A stretch of DNA of 64,000 bases from Cytophagales bacterium (GCA_013299115.1 JAAFKA010000014.1:64001-128000); one strand, 5' to 3'. Positions 1-10,093 are shown, counted from the first letter of the stretch. Notes: generated from the letters alone by a model not told the origin. Translations and numbers: made by a program.

Positions 1-315
1 GCAGACCAAACCCTGACTGTCAAGGTTTTGGAACAAATGAAACAAATTGGTAATAACTATCTTGGCAAAAATTACGATTTGTATTTTGGCTGGTCTGATG
101 ATAAAATTTATTGTTCTGAATTGGTTTGGAAAATTTATAATCAAACCACAGGCTTGGCAATAGGGACAACTCGCAAATTGACTGATTTTGATTTGAGTAG
201 CCCCGAAGTGCAAAAACTAATGAAAGAAAGATATGGCAATAGTATTCCTGTAAACGAAACAGTCATTGCCCCTTCCGATATATTTGATAGTTCGTTGTTA
301 GTTCAGATATGGTAG
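1..315 (+). CDS. C-terminal part of a YiiX-like permuted papain-fold (DUF830-like) hydrolase; gene starts upstream of the window
   Basis: ORF 28..315 has the CSELVWKIY motif typical of permuted papain-like YiiX enzymes. The frame is open to position 1, so M28 is probably internal. Confidence 0.45.
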   Translation, partial: ADQTLTVKVLEQMKQIGNNYLGKNYDLYFGWSDDKIYCSELVWKIYNQTTGLAIGTTRKLTDFDLSSPEVQKLMKERYGNSIPVNETVIAPSDIFDSSLLVQIW

Positions 316-426
316 TTTTATTTACCTTCAGCGAAAATATCCGAACTATTGAGAGAGAAATTGTAAGAATAATTTTATATTTGCGAATCAAAATTAAAAA
401 ACTACAAAATACGTACAAAAAATAGT

Positions 427-1920
427 ATGAGCAACGAAAAAACAGCTACTAAACCCGCAGTTAGCGAAAGTATATTCCAAAAAGTTATTTCTCACGCCAA
501 AGAATATGGCTTTGTGTTCCAATCTTCCGAAATTTATGACGGATTGGCTTCTGTTTATGACTATGGACAAAACGGCGTAGAACTCAAAAACAACCTCAAA
601 ATGTGTTGGTGGAAAGCAATGACCCAACTTAATGATAATATTGTGGGTATAGATGCTGCCATTCTCATGCACCCCAAAACGTGGGTAGCTTCTGGTCACG
701 TGGCAAGTTTTGCAGACCCTATGCTGGACAACAAAGACTCCAAAAAAAGATACAGAGCAGACCAACTCCTCGAAAAACACGCAGACGAACTGATAGCAAA
801 AGGTGAGGCTGTCAAAGCACAACAAGTGTTGGATATCATGAATGAACACCTGAAAACGAATGATTTGAAAGCCTTGTTGGACTTGATACTTGCCGAAAAA
901 ATAAAATGCCCTCTCTCCAATACTGCCAACTGGACAGAAATTCGCCAGTTTAACCTTATGTTTTCTACGCAATTAGGGGCAATGGCAGAGGAATCAAGTG
1001 AAATTTATCTCCGCCCAGAAACTGCACAAGGTATTTTTGTGAACTACCTCAATGTGCAAAAATCTGGGCGTATGAAATTGCCTTTTGGTATTGCTCAAAT
1101 TGGCAAAGCATTTAGAAATGAAATCGTAGCACGCCAATTTATTTTCCGTATGCGTGAGTTTGAGCAAATGGAAATGCAGTTTTTCATTCAACCGGGTACG
1201 CAAAAAGAATGGTACGAAAAATGGAAAGCAACACGCCTACAATGGCACAAAGCCTTGGGGTTGCCTGCCGACAAGTTGCAATATCACGACCACGTAAAAT
1301 TGGCTCACTATGCTGATGCGGCGGTGGATATTGAGTTTGAGTTTCCGTTTGGGTTCAAAGAAATGGAGGGCATTCACTCCCGCACAGATTTTGATTTGAC
1401 AGAACACGAAAAATTGTCTAAGAAAAAACAGCAATATTACGACAACGACATCAACAAAAACTATGTGCCTTATGTCATAGAAACCTCCGTTGGGGCAGAC
1501 CGTCTGTTTTTGGCTCACCTCTGCAATGCCTACACAGAGGAGCAAGGCACAGACGCAAATGGCGAAGTGAAAGAAAGAATTTATTTGAAATTTCACCCCG
1601 CCATTGCCCCTATCAAGGCTGCTATTTTTCCGCTAACCAAAAAAGATAGTTTGCCCGAAAAAGCTATGCAAATTTTCAATGACTTGAAGTTGGATTTTAA
1701 CCTCAATTATGAGGAAAAAGACTCTATTGGCAAAAGATACACCCGCCAAGATTTATTAGGCACGCCGTTTTGTATCACAGTCGACCACCAAACTTTGGAG
1801 GACAACACCGTTACAATCCGTTACCGAGATACAGCCGAGCAAAAACGTCTGCCGATTGCTGCCTTGCACAAAGAAATTGGCGATGCAGTGTCTATGAAGA
1901 GGATTTTTGAATTGTTGTAA
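427..1920 (+). CDS. glyQS: Glycine--tRNA ligase (class II, dimeric GlyRS)
   Basis: 497 aa. N-terminus SIFQKVISHAKEYGFVFQSSEIYDGLASVYDYGQNG and class II motifs (FRNEI, GADRL) match alpha2-type GlyRS. Confidence 0.9.
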   Translation: MSNEKTATKPAVSESIFQKVISHAKEYGFVFQSSEIYDGLASVYDYGQNGVELKNNLKMCWWKAMTQLNDNIVGIDAAILMHPKTWVASGHVASFADPMLDNKDSKKRYRADQLLEKHADELIAKGEAVKAQQVLDIMNEHLKTNDLKALLDLILAEKIKCPLSNTANWTEIRQFNLMFSTQLGAMAEESSEIYLRPETAQGIFVNYLNVQKSGRMKLPFGIAQIGKAFRNEIVARQFIFRMREFEQMEMQFFIQPGTQKEWYEKWKATRLQWHKALGLPADKLQYHDHVKLAHYADAAVDIEFEFPFGFKEMEGIHSRTDFDLTEHEKLSKKKQQYYDNDINKNYVPYVIETSVGADRLFLAHLCNAYTEEQGTDANGEVKERIYLKFHPAIAPIKAAIFPLTKKDSLPEKAMQIFNDLKLDFNLNYEEKDSIGKRYTRQDLLGTPFCITVDHQTLEDNTVTIRYRDTAEQKRLPIAALHKEIGDAVSMKRIFELL

Positions 1921-1930
1921 GTTTCTGGTT

Positions 1931-1960
1931 TAGCCTGTTTTGTGGCAATTAAACAGGCTA
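1931..1960 (+). terminator. Hairpin tagcctgttt-N10-aaacaggcta downstream of the glyQS stop
   Basis: A perfect 10-bp inverted repeat starts 11 nt after the glyQS stop. Confidence 0.4.
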
Positions 1961-2019
1961 AAGCCCCAATGCTTTGTTTTATAAACACTTATCTTAGTTC
2001 TCTTTTTATAAATTGGTAA

Positions 2020-2027
2020 TATATTTG
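2020..2027 (+). promoter_or_regulatory. Candidate Bacteroidota sigma-A -7 element (TAnnTTTG = tatatttg), about 40 nt upstream of the 2068 start
   Basis: The sequence tatatttg matches the TAnnTTTG consensus and sits in the AT-rich region before the nucleosidase gene. Confidence 0.3.
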
Positions 2028-2067
2028 CAAGTTTGTATTTGCAAATTCTTAACCATTCTGCTCTGAT

Positions 2068-2940
2068 ATGAAAATCGTTGGTTTTCCTAGCCATTTCAAA
2101 CTCTTTCGTTTTGTTATTCTTGTTAGTTGTTTGTGGAGTTGTTACCAATTTTCTGCTTTTGGACAGGAAAACCTACAACGCCCACATACTACAGCTATTA
2201 TTGGAGCTGTGGACAAAGAAGTAGTACTATTGGAAAAACACCTAACCGAAAAAAGTATTCATAAAATACAGGGCTTGACTTTTGTTTTGGGCAAACTCAG
2301 GGGGCGTAATGTGGTGCTCTCGAAAACAGGTGTGGGCAAAGTAAATGCTGCCATGACTGTAACTTTGCTCATTGCCTACTTTAAACCTGAAGAAGTAGTG
2401 TTTACAGGTATTGCAGGTGCTATTAATCCCAAACTGAAATTAGGAGATATAGTCATCGCTAACCAAACAGCACAATACGACTTTGGTACGTTGCTGCCCA
2501 CAGGCATACAAAATTGGGGCATGAACAATCCAATTAATGACAAACCAAACCCTGTATTTTACAAAGCCGACTCGGTGCTGCTCTTGTCGGCAGATGTTGC
2601 CATTGCCCAAATCAAATTGACCAAAATAAAAGTAGGCAAAGTATTAAAATTGCCGACTATTATTCATGGCACTGTGGTAACGGGAGATATGTTTATTGCA
2701 AGCTCTGCAAAAAACAAAGAATTAAGAGAAAAATACAAAGCAGACGCCGTAGAGATGGAAGGAGGAGCAGTAGCTCAAGTATGCTGGCAAAACAATGTGC
2801 CTTGTCTAATTATTCGCAGCCTAAGTGATGCAGCAGACGAAAAAGCCAAAGAGCATTATGACTATTTTATAGACATAGCAGCCCAAAATTCGGCAACCTT
2901 AGTTATGGCTTTGGTCGAGGATTTGGCAAAAAGAAGGTAG
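2068..2940 (+). CDS. Secreted PNP_UDP_1-family nucleosidase (MTA/SAH nucleosidase-like)
   Basis: 290 aa with a signal peptide. The GVGKVNAAMTVTLLI...TGIAGAI and EMEGGAVAQVC motifs resemble the Pfs/MtnN nucleosidase family. Confidence 0.65.
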   Translation: MKIVGFPSHFKLFRFVILVSCLWSCYQFSAFGQENLQRPHTTAIIGAVDKEVVLLEKHLTEKSIHKIQGLTFVLGKLRGRNVVLSKTGVGKVNAAMTVTLLIAYFKPEEVVFTGIAGAINPKLKLGDIVIANQTAQYDFGTLLPTGIQNWGMNNPINDKPNPVFYKADSVLLLSADVAIAQIKLTKIKVGKVLKLPTIIHGTVVTGDMFIASSAKNKELREKYKADAVEMEGGAVAQVCWQNNVPCLIIRSLSDAADEKAKEHYDYFIDIAAQNSATLVMALVEDLAKRR

Positions 2941-3149
2941 AAAGTAATAAATTACCAAGTCTTACTCAACAACTGTCTATTGATTTACACACTTCATTAC
3001 TCCAAATAAAATGGAATATCAACAAGAAACCGAAGACACTTCTGAATTGCCTCCTTTTTTTAAAACTTGGACACAACTCTATTGGTTTGTGCTAATAGAG
3101 TTTGTATGCTGTCTGCTGTTTTTTATTTGGTTGAGTGCCTGAGCAGTTC

Positions 3150-3362
3150 CTATTTTGGGCTAACCTTATCCCAAACCGCCGCCCAAAAACGGAGGGAATA
3201 ACGAGTGTCTGTGCTGTCGTTGGGGTTCATGTATTTTTTCTCGACAAAAACTTTGCCTCTTACGGCATCTACCTGCCCCTGTCTGTATGCCATGATGATG
3301 GCAAGTGCTAAGAGGAATAAAAAAACTCCTCCCCATATTCCGCGTGTGATGTTGATAGTCAT
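3150..3362 (-). CDS. Small membrane protein (hypothetical)
   Basis: 70-aa ORF with one hydrophobic helix (GGVFLFLLALAIIMAY). It overlaps an alternative-frame ORF, so it is uncertain. Confidence 0.25.
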   Translation of the reverse strand: MTINITRGIWGGVFLFLLALAIIMAYRQGQVDAVRGKVFVEKKYMNPNDSTDTRYSLRFWAAVWDKVSPK

Positions 3363-3374
3363 AATTTTTCAAAG

Positions 3375-3842
3375 TTAAACTCTGTGATAATCTCCTTGCC
3401 ACTGTTGAATTTGTCTTTTAATGGCATCAGAAGTTAAGTTATCTGAAATAGTTTTAATAACCAAAGCAGGTAATTCTTTATCAGAGGCAAAACGCAAAGC
3501 AGCAATTTGCCTCATTCTCAATTTTTTTTCCAATTCCTCAAAAGGTTGTTGGGTTAATTGATAATACCTGTACCGCATTTCTAAACGTATAATTCTGTTT
3601 TGCAAGAGCAGCCCATATTGAATACGCTGCAAAAGACTTGCTAAAATAGCCGAAAAGCCAATGAGAGTAAGAGCAACCCAAATTTTTTGTATGTCGCCAT
3701 TTTTGTTAGTAACAGCCTCAAAAGCAAACCAAACTGTCAATAAAATGCTCAGAGGCAACTGCACAAAGTGGTGCAATGGTGTCCATTTTTTGTGATTTTC
3801 GTAATTCTGAACTTGCATAGATTTTTTTATTTTTTTTGCCAC
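3375..3842 (-). CDS. Hypothetical membrane protein (2 TM)
   Basis: 155 aa with two predicted TM helices near the N-terminus. No recognisable family. Confidence 0.45.
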   Translation of the reverse strand: MAKKIKKSMQVQNYENHKKWTPLHHFVQLPLSILLTVWFAFEAVTNKNGDIQKIWVALTLIGFSAILASLLQRIQYGLLLQNRIIRLEMRYRYYQLTQQPFEELEKKLRMRQIAALRFASDKELPALVIKTISDNLTSDAIKRQIQQWQGDYHRV

Positions 3843-4294
3843 CGAAACTCCAAATCGTCAGTGAGTGTGGAATTAGGGTCAGGATTGTGTTGAAAAATGA
3901 GTTCGTTGGTAGTCAATTTCATAATAAAAAATGCTCTTTCTCCCTCTGGGTGTGCCAAGTTGAAAAGCACATTTCTCTCATCTTTAATCACCCAGCTATC
4001 TGTAGCCGAAAAAATTCCTGATGCAGGCTGTGCTGTATAAAGATTGTCTTTCTTGAATTGCAAAGTTTGGTTGGCTACTCCCCAAGAAGGATTAAAACCC
4101 AACAAATTGGTGCCATTCATGTAAATACCTTGCAAAACCCAAGCAGTTGCCATCAAACGAGTCTGTGTATCTTCTTTGGAAGTTAAAGGTGTAATGGCTG
4201 GCTCGCCTGGCTCATCGCGTTTGCAAGCACTTAGAATAGATAAGAAACCAACAGTCAAAACAACGGAAATATAAAAAACAAATATTTTTTTCAT
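3827..4294 (-). CDS. Hypothetical lipoprotein
   Basis: Start re-assigned to the internal MKKIFVFYISVVLTVGFLSILSAC lipobox signal at 4294. The upstream part of the ORF looks non-coding. Confidence 0.5.
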   Translation of the reverse strand: MKKIFVFYISVVLTVGFLSILSACKRDEPGEPAITPLTSKEDTQTRLMATAWVLQGIYMNGTNLLGFNPSWGVANQTLQFKKDNLYTAQPASGIFSATDSWVIKDERNVLFNLAHPEGERAFFIMKLTTNELIFQHNPDPNSTLTDDLEFRWQKK

Positions 4295-4438
4295 ATACAA
4301 AAATAAAAAATATTTTTGATTTCTTTGCAAATTACCAATAAATCTAATTACGAAATTATTATTTTCTATACTTTGTCCTTCCTTTGTCAAAAACTTTTTA
4401 TCTTTACATAATTTGTTGAATTTAATATATAAAAAATC

Positions 4439-4948
4439 ATGGTCGCAATCGTTATGGGTAGTCAATCTGACTTAAATGTCATGTACGAAGCTGCCGTTGT
4501 ATTAGAAGAATTGGGTGTAGAAATAAGTGTAGATATAGTTTCTGCACATCGCACACCACAAAAAATGTTCGATTTTGCACAGCAAGCCCACATCAAAGGC
4601 ATTAAAGTTATCATAGCAGGAGCAGGTGGGGCAGCCCATTTACCAGGTATGGTAGCTTCACTAACTACGCTACCTGTGATTGGCGTACCTGTGAAGTCTT
4701 CTAATTCTATTGATGGTTGGGATTCTATCTTGTCTATCTTGCAGATGCCCGCAGGTGTGCCTGTGGCAACGGTAGCCCTCAATGGGGCAAAAAATGCAGG
4801 AATTTTGGCTGCCCAAATTTTGGCAACAGCAGACGAACAACTTGCCAAAAAATTACAATTTTATAAAGAAAAGTTGGCTCAAAAAGTTATAGAAAGTTCG
4901 GAAAAAATGCAAGCTGATGGTTGGCGTGGGAAAAAAATTGGGTTTTAA
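4439..4948 (+). CDS. purE: N5-carboxyaminoimidazole ribonucleotide mutase
   Basis: 169 aa with the VAIVMGSQSD and AGGAAHLPGMVA PurE signature motifs. Confidence 0.9.
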   Translation: MVAIVMGSQSDLNVMYEAAVVLEELGVEISVDIVSAHRTPQKMFDFAQQAHIKGIKVIIAGAGGAAHLPGMVASLTTLPVIGVPVKSSNSIDGWDSILSILQMPAGVPVATVALNGAKNAGILAAQILATADEQLAKKLQFYKEKLAQKVIESSEKMQADGWRGKKIGF

Positions 4949-4965
4949 ATAAATCCTATAATATA

Positions 4966-5072
4966 AGAGACTGTCCAAAGAGGCAACAAACAAAAAATTA
5001 TAAGCATAACTATTTGCTTATCAAGTAGTTATATTGTATAAAATTCCAAAACTTTAACTTTTTGGACAACCA
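4966..5072. mobile_element. MITE-like element (family E; termini gactgtccaaagagg / cctctttttggacaacc-like; palindromic core ataactatttgcttatcaagtagttat)
   Basis: Inverted termini around a palindromic core. Related copies lie at 38771-38949 (inner part) and 46337-46452. Confidence 0.45.
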
Positions 5073-5088
5073 TCTAATTTTTTTCTTT

Positions 5089-5646
5089 ATGTTTTTATCT
5101 TTCTTGCTTTTATTCCAGAGTTTATTTGCCTATTTCGATGGACAAACTACTTTGGATTTGTTAAAACCAATAACTGCTAAAACGGTAAATGCTGTTGATA
5201 GAGTACACCCCATGCACCTCGCTGTAACGGAGATGAACTATAACCCTACTACGCAAACCTTTGAAATTAGTCATAAAATTTTCTTTGACGACTTAGAAAA
5301 GACTATTTCGGAGGCTACTAAACAAAAATTATTGCTCAATACACCACAAGAAAACCCCAAAACAGACTCCTATATTCAAAAATACTTGCAAATAAATTTT
5401 CAGGTTTTTTGCAATCAAAAACCTCAAAGTATAACTTTTGTGGGCAAAGAATATGAAAATGATGCTGTTTGGGTGTATTGTGAAATAGCTAATGTGCCTG
5501 CCAGTTTGCAATATTTGGAAATAAAAAATACTATTTTGCTTGCTACTTTTGACGACCAAATCAATTTTTTACACTTCAAAAAAGGTACTTTTTCCAAATC
5601 TTGGCGGTTTACAATTGATAATACTGTGCAACAGTGGGAGTTTTAG
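5089..5646 (+). CDS. Hypothetical secreted protein
   Basis: The ORF track starts at a TTG at 5062 inside the MITE. The ATG at 5089 (MFLSFLLLFQSLFA, signal-peptide-like) is more plausible. Confidence 0.4.
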   Translation: MFLSFLLLFQSLFAYFDGQTTLDLLKPITAKTVNAVDRVHPMHLAVTEMNYNPTTQTFEISHKIFFDDLEKTISEATKQKLLLNTPQENPKTDSYIQKYLQINFQVFCNQKPQSITFVGKEYENDAVWVYCEIANVPASLQYLEIKNTILLATFDDQINFLHFKKGTFSKSWRFTIDNTVQQWEF

Positions 5647-5678
5647 AAGTAGTTAATCTCAACGTCAGTTTCAATGCT

Positions 5679-6365
5679 TTAATTGGCATTGTAAAAATCT
5701 ACCAACGTCATGAGGTCTTTGCGTCTGCCTAATTGTACAGAGTTTTTGATAAAATAATTTTCTATTTTGGCTTGTTTATCTTGCATAAGAGCAAATATTT
5801 CGACTTTTTTTTCGTAAAACTTTACCACTTTTTGTTCGGTTTTCACAAGAAAATAATAATTATCCGTCAAGACCGAAATATTGGCAAACGGCATACCTAC
5901 CCCCATGTAGCCGTAAGTAGGTACTTGCTGCACTACTACTGTTTCTCGATTGAGCAGAGCCAACTTACCATCTGTCAAAAGTTCAAAAAAAGTAGGAGTT
6001 TCATACCCCTGCATTTTTTGGTAAGGCAAAGTAAAAAAAGTTCGTTGAATACGAACAATGGCATCTAAAAACTCAAAACTTTCCACTGTTCTTGCTCCAT
6101 AACTTTTTACTACACCGTCACCAAGACGTATCTGCACATTGTCAGTTTCCAAATTATATTTGACTAAACCTGTTAAGGTTTCGCCACTAAATAAGGTAAT
6201 TTCGCCCTCGTGCCACACATCTTTGGGGAAGGTTTGTGCCTTTGTTTGAATAAGACAATGTACAATTAGAAAGAATGTGTAAAATAAAATCTTTGGTAAC
6301 ATATCATGAAATATGAAATAACTAATTTCGCATGGTAAATTGTAAGTAATATTTTCTTTAAACAC
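5679..6365 (-). CDS. Hypothetical secreted protein
   Basis: 228 aa with an N-terminal hydrophobic signal. No recognisable domain. Confidence 0.45.
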   Translation of the reverse strand: MFKENITYNLPCEISYFIFHDMLPKILFYTFFLIVHCLIQTKAQTFPKDVWHEGEITLFSGETLTGLVKYNLETDNVQIRLGDGVVKSYGARTVESFEFLDAIVRIQRTFFTLPYQKMQGYETPTFFELLTDGKLALLNRETVVVQQVPTYGYMGVGMPFANISVLTDNYYFLVKTEQKVVKFYEKKVEIFALMQDKQAKIENYFIKNSVQLGRRKDLMTLVDFYNAN

Positions 6366-6562
6366 TTAATAGAGGTTATTACGATTTGTACCATACCCTT
6401 CAGGCTGCAAGGTCAATTAGCTGAAAATCAACGGGTTAATTTTCTATACAAAAATTATCGTAATAACCTCTAATTATCAAGTATTTTTTAAAATTATAAC
6501 TTAAGTAGTTAGACTTAAATAATCGATAATATTTCAAGTGCTAAGTATCTGATTATCAAAAT

Positions 6563-6590
6563 TATCCGACACCTCAAAGGTGTCGGATAA
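6563..6590 (-). terminator. Family C hairpin (ttatccgacacc-N-ggtgtcggataa) immediately downstream of ribH
   Basis: Perfect 11-bp stem followed by a ttttg tract on the minus strand. The same hairpin recurs at 12813-12843 and inside the CDS at 51141-51171. Confidence 0.45.
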
Positions 6591-6611
6591 TTAGGTTCAA
6601 CTACTTACTAA

Positions 6612-7109
6612 CTATTTTGTTCTGCTCTGTTCTTTTAATCCTAACATTTTTATAGCTGTAATAGCTGCCTCGTCGCCTTTGTTGCCATGTTTGCCACCTG
6701 CCCTGTCCAAGGCTTGCTGCATTGTATCAGGAGTTAAAACACCAAAAATAACAGGCTTGTTGTATTCCAGACTGACCTGTGTAATACCCATAGCAACAGC
6801 TTGACATATAAAATCAAAGTGGCGGGTTTCTCCTTGAATGACACAACCCAAAGCAATAACAGCATCTACTTCCTTTTGCTGGGCAGCAAATTGTGAGCCT
6901 AAACTTAGCTCAAAACTACCTGATACATCATACCGATTAATCAGTTCTGGGTTTGCACCATATTTGAGCAAGGTACTGCAAGCTCCTTCATATAAAGCAT
7001 TAGTAACTTCGCTGTTCCACTCGGCTACTACTAGCACAAATTTTTTTTGACCAATATCAGGCAAGTTATTAGCTGAATAGACACTTAGGTTCTTATTAAT
7101 AGAGGACAT
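6612..7109 (-). CDS. ribH: 6,7-dimethyl-8-ribityllumazine synthase
   Basis: 165 aa. The KFVLVVAEWNSEVT...GANPELINRYDVSGSFEL pattern is typical of RibH. Confidence 0.9.
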   Translation of the reverse strand: MSSINKNLSVYSANNLPDIGQKKFVLVVAEWNSEVTNALYEGACSTLLKYGANPELINRYDVSGSFELSLGSQFAAQQKEVDAVIALGCVIQGETRHFDFICQAVAMGITQVSLEYNKPVIFGVLTPDTMQQALDRAGGKHGNKGDEAAITAIKMLGLKEQSRTK

Positions 7110-7339
7110 TTTCTAATTTTGAGTTTTGTTTTTTTTAGTTTCTTTCGGCAATTAAAAAAATAATTGTAACTATTTAGCAATATTAGTGAAATTGGTAGTA
7201 CCACACAAGTAATGCTGCTTTTTTTATACAATCAACTTAGCAAAATGTTTATTTTAAATTAAACTACTATACAAAAGTTTGTAACTATTTGAAAGTGGGC
7301 AAGTTATCTATTATTTTTGTTTTGCGAACCAAAAAATAG

Positions 7340-7590
7340 TTGTGCCGACAATGGTTATTGTAGAAATTGGATATTTACACGAAAACAACGGACTACTTTG
7401 TCTGTTAATTTTTTGAAAAAATATTTTGAACAATACCTTTCTTTTAGAGAACAGCCTTTGACTTTGGAGGTCGTGAAAAGTGCCTTAGAAATTGTCGATA
7501 TTCCCGAATTACACGACAGACTAATTACAGGAACAGCCAAATTATTAGGGGTAGAATTGATTACAAATGACCCTAAAAATAACAATAGAA
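7340..7590 (+). pseudogene. Remnant of a PIN-domain (VapC-like) toxin gene
   Basis: The C-terminal segment EVVKSALEIVDIPELHDRLITGTAKLLGVELITNDPK matches the PIN-domain C-terminal consensus (D-R-xI-AaTA...L-LvT-D). The upstream frame lacks a PIN N-terminus (MVIVEIGY... in another frame, then a stop), and there is no antitoxin ORF. Confidence 0.4.
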
Positions 7591-7607
7591 ATTTGCATTA
7601 CATTTTT

Positions 7608-8804
7608 TCAGGAGTGTTTTGGAAACTTAAAAATTATTTTTTCTCTTACTTTTTCTATTGCAATATCATTAATAGATAATCTATTTTGGAAAGTATATTT
7701 TTTTGTAATCTCCTCATAATCAATTCCTTGTATTTCAAAAGGAAAAATATAATGAATAGGCAACTGCATAGAATCTGGATAGGGATTAAATCTACCAATA
7801 TGCCACGTATTGTTGCTCAGGCAAATGGTAGGCACTGCCAATGTTGCTGCCAAATGCACGCCACTGCTTTCATTGGCTACCAACAAATCTGCATATTGCA
7901 ATAAGCTCCATAGTTCGAGCAAATTAGTTTTACCCGCCAAATTTTGAATAGGTAAGTTGGGTTGCAAATCGCAAACTTTTTGGGCAATGGGCAGGTCGTT
8001 AGTATCTCCAATTAGATAAATTGCAGCCTTGTACGTATGGTGTAAAAAATTGGCTAAGGCTGCAAAATTTTCGGCTGCCCACCTTTTATGCACCTCCGAG
8101 CCACCAACAAAGAGCAATACTTTGACTTGCTTGGGAGGTAATTGAATAAAAGTGGGCAAGGTGGGCAATTTTGTAATTTCTACCACAGGGCGTTGCAAGA
8201 CAATTTTTTGTTGGAGTAAAGCCTCAAAAAATTCTTTGTTTCTATCAAATTCAAACAAGACAGCAGGCTGTGCAGGCAAAAGTTGAGTATAATAAGTATC
8301 TGCAATTTTTTTCTCTTTGGGTATAATGTTATCTGTGTTTCCCTCATTACCAATACGTTGCGTAGCTTGACTTGCATTTACAATAGCATCATCATAGAGC
8401 AATAACCTCGAAAAAGTTGGGGCAATAGCCACAGCAAAACCAGCCTTGTAAATGGCACGTTGGATACGAAAACGGTAAAAAGGATTGGTAAAAAATTGTT
8501 TGCGATTGAGCCAAAAACTACCTGCAAAATACTCATGGTCTAAGGCATCGAACAAACTTTTCCAAACCATATTACCACAAAAAAATAATTGTTTGCCTTT
8601 ATATTGGGGGCTGTTTGCAAAAACTTCTATGAAGTTTCTAAACAACAAATAATCTCCAATGGCGTCGAGGCGAATGAGCAACACTTTTTCTCCTTCGGGC
8701 TTTGGGCGTGGCAGACTCTTTGCCAATTTGTCTATCAAATGGCACATACGTACACGATAGGCTATTTGCAAACGAGTAAAAATGCTTTGGAGAAGTTCTG
8801 TCAT
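7608..8804 (-). CDS. Glycosyltransferase family 9 (heptosyltransferase-like)
   Basis: 398 aa. The LLFVGGSEVHKRWAAENFAALANFL and IGDTNDLPIAQKV motifs are typical of GT9 LPS heptosyltransferases. Confidence 0.75.
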   Translation of the reverse strand: MTELLQSIFTRLQIAYRVRMCHLIDKLAKSLPRPKPEGEKVLLIRLDAIGDYLLFRNFIEVFANSPQYKGKQLFFCGNMVWKSLFDALDHEYFAGSFWLNRKQFFTNPFYRFRIQRAIYKAGFAVAIAPTFSRLLLYDDAIVNASQATQRIGNEGNTDNIIPKEKKIADTYYTQLLPAQPAVLFEFDRNKEFFEALLQQKIVLQRPVVEITKLPTLPTFIQLPPKQVKVLLFVGGSEVHKRWAAENFAALANFLHHTYKAAIYLIGDTNDLPIAQKVCDLQPNLPIQNLAGKTNLLELWSLLQYADLLVANESSGVHLAATLAVPTICLSNNTWHIGRFNPYPDSMQLPIHYIFPFEIQGIDYEEITKKYTFQNRLSINDIAIEKVREKIIFKFPKHS

Positions 8805-8828
8805 GTAAATAGAGAGTAGAATTATTTT

Positions 8829-9917
8829 TTATAAGTCGAATTTTTTACGTAATCTTTTATGCAAAGGTTGTTCTACTGCATAGAAAAGCAAAACCGACAG
8901 GGCATTGAGTGCCAAAAACGTAAGAAAATAATAATTTTGTAGGCAAGGTAGCAAAAATCTTTCTAATAAACCTTTGTGCAGGAGATAAAATAGATAAGAA
9001 CTTTTGCCCAAAATAACCAATAACTTACTCGACAAAATTGTTTGCACAACTGTTTTTTCGGTTAGTAAACCCCACAAAAAACAGATGATAGCAAAAGGTA
9101 GTAGCCAATTATTGATACAAATTCCTGCGGGGTGCTGCAAGCCCAATGAGTTTTGCTGCTGCAAAAGAGCCAAATTGATTAGGCAAATGGCTATCAAAAT
9201 TAAGCCCAAATAAGTTTTGAAATGGTGCTTATTTGGTAGCAAAGTGGCTTGTTGTTTAAAGAAAAATGCAAACCCTACGCCTACCAAAAACTCTGCACTT
9301 CGCCCAAAAAAAGTGTGCAACCAAAGAAATTGGTAGTTGCTAAAAAAACCATAATAAATGTGTTTGGAAAAAAAAGCCACCAACGCCACGCCTATTGCAG
9401 TAAACAGCAGAAATTGCAACCAAAGTTTGATATTTTTTTGCCTGTAAAAATAAAAAATCAAGGGAGCAAGCAAATAAAAACACTCTTCTGCGGTTAAAGA
9501 CCAACTTTGCGGAATGAAAACCCCACGCAAATCGTCAAAAAAGCCATGCAAAAAGAAAAGACTCAGCAAATAAGTAGCCCAAAGTTCTTGGGTTGTCCAC
9601 GTTGGTAGATAAAAACCACCCGCAAAAGTCAAGGTCAGCAGCAGAAAATAAACAGGATAAATTCTTGCCCATCTGTTTTGTAAATAGCTTTTCCAATTTT
9701 TTGGGTCATTCCAATCCGCAGTGCCGTATTGGTAGGTTATCAAAAATCCACTTAACACAAAAAACAGCGTAACTCCTATGTGCAGTTCCATTGACAATTT
9801 GTGCAATCCTTCATATTTTACAATAAAAGGAGGTGCAAAATGGTGAACAAACACTGCATAAGCAGCTACGGCTCGCAGCCCTGTGAGGGCAGGAAAATAA
9901 GTGGTTTGGGTATTCAA
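8829..9917 (-). CDS. Acyltransferase family 3 membrane protein
   Basis: 362 aa, polytopic. The N-terminus LTGLRAVAAYAVFVHH...FFVLSGFLIT is characteristic of acyltransferase_3. Confidence 0.75.
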   Translation of the reverse strand: MNTQTTYFPALTGLRAVAAYAVFVHHFAPPFIVKYEGLHKLSMELHIGVTLFFVLSGFLITYQYGTADWNDPKNWKSYLQNRWARIYPVYFLLLTLTFAGGFYLPTWTTQELWATYLLSLFFLHGFFDDLRGVFIPQSWSLTAEECFYLLAPLIFYFYRQKNIKLWLQFLLFTAIGVALVAFFSKHIYYGFFSNYQFLWLHTFFGRSAEFLVGVGFAFFFKQQATLLPNKHHFKTYLGLILIAICLINLALLQQQNSLGLQHPAGICINNWLLPFAIICFLWGLLTEKTVVQTILSSKLLVILGKSSYLFYLLHKGLLERFLLPCLQNYYFLTFLALNALSVLLFYAVEQPLHKRLRKKFDL

Positions 9918-10093
9918 AAATAGTTGTAAGTTTTTAATTGTGAGTTTTGCAGTATAAATATATATTCTTTTTTTGTAGTTTTGCGAAAATTTTGCTTCTA
10001 TCTATGAATCTGCAAAACTCTTTGTTACCTTTGCAGCCTTAAAAGTTAGCAGTGTTTGCTGTTTTAAAAAAGTCAACTGTGTGATAAAAAGCT

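Noticed and set aside
7317-7679. 120-aa ORF as an intact gene
   Set aside because: Only the C-terminal ~45 aa look like a real domain (PIN). The N-terminal part is low-complexity, and the ORF overlaps the 3' end of the convergent GT9 gene. It is treated as a pseudogene fragment.
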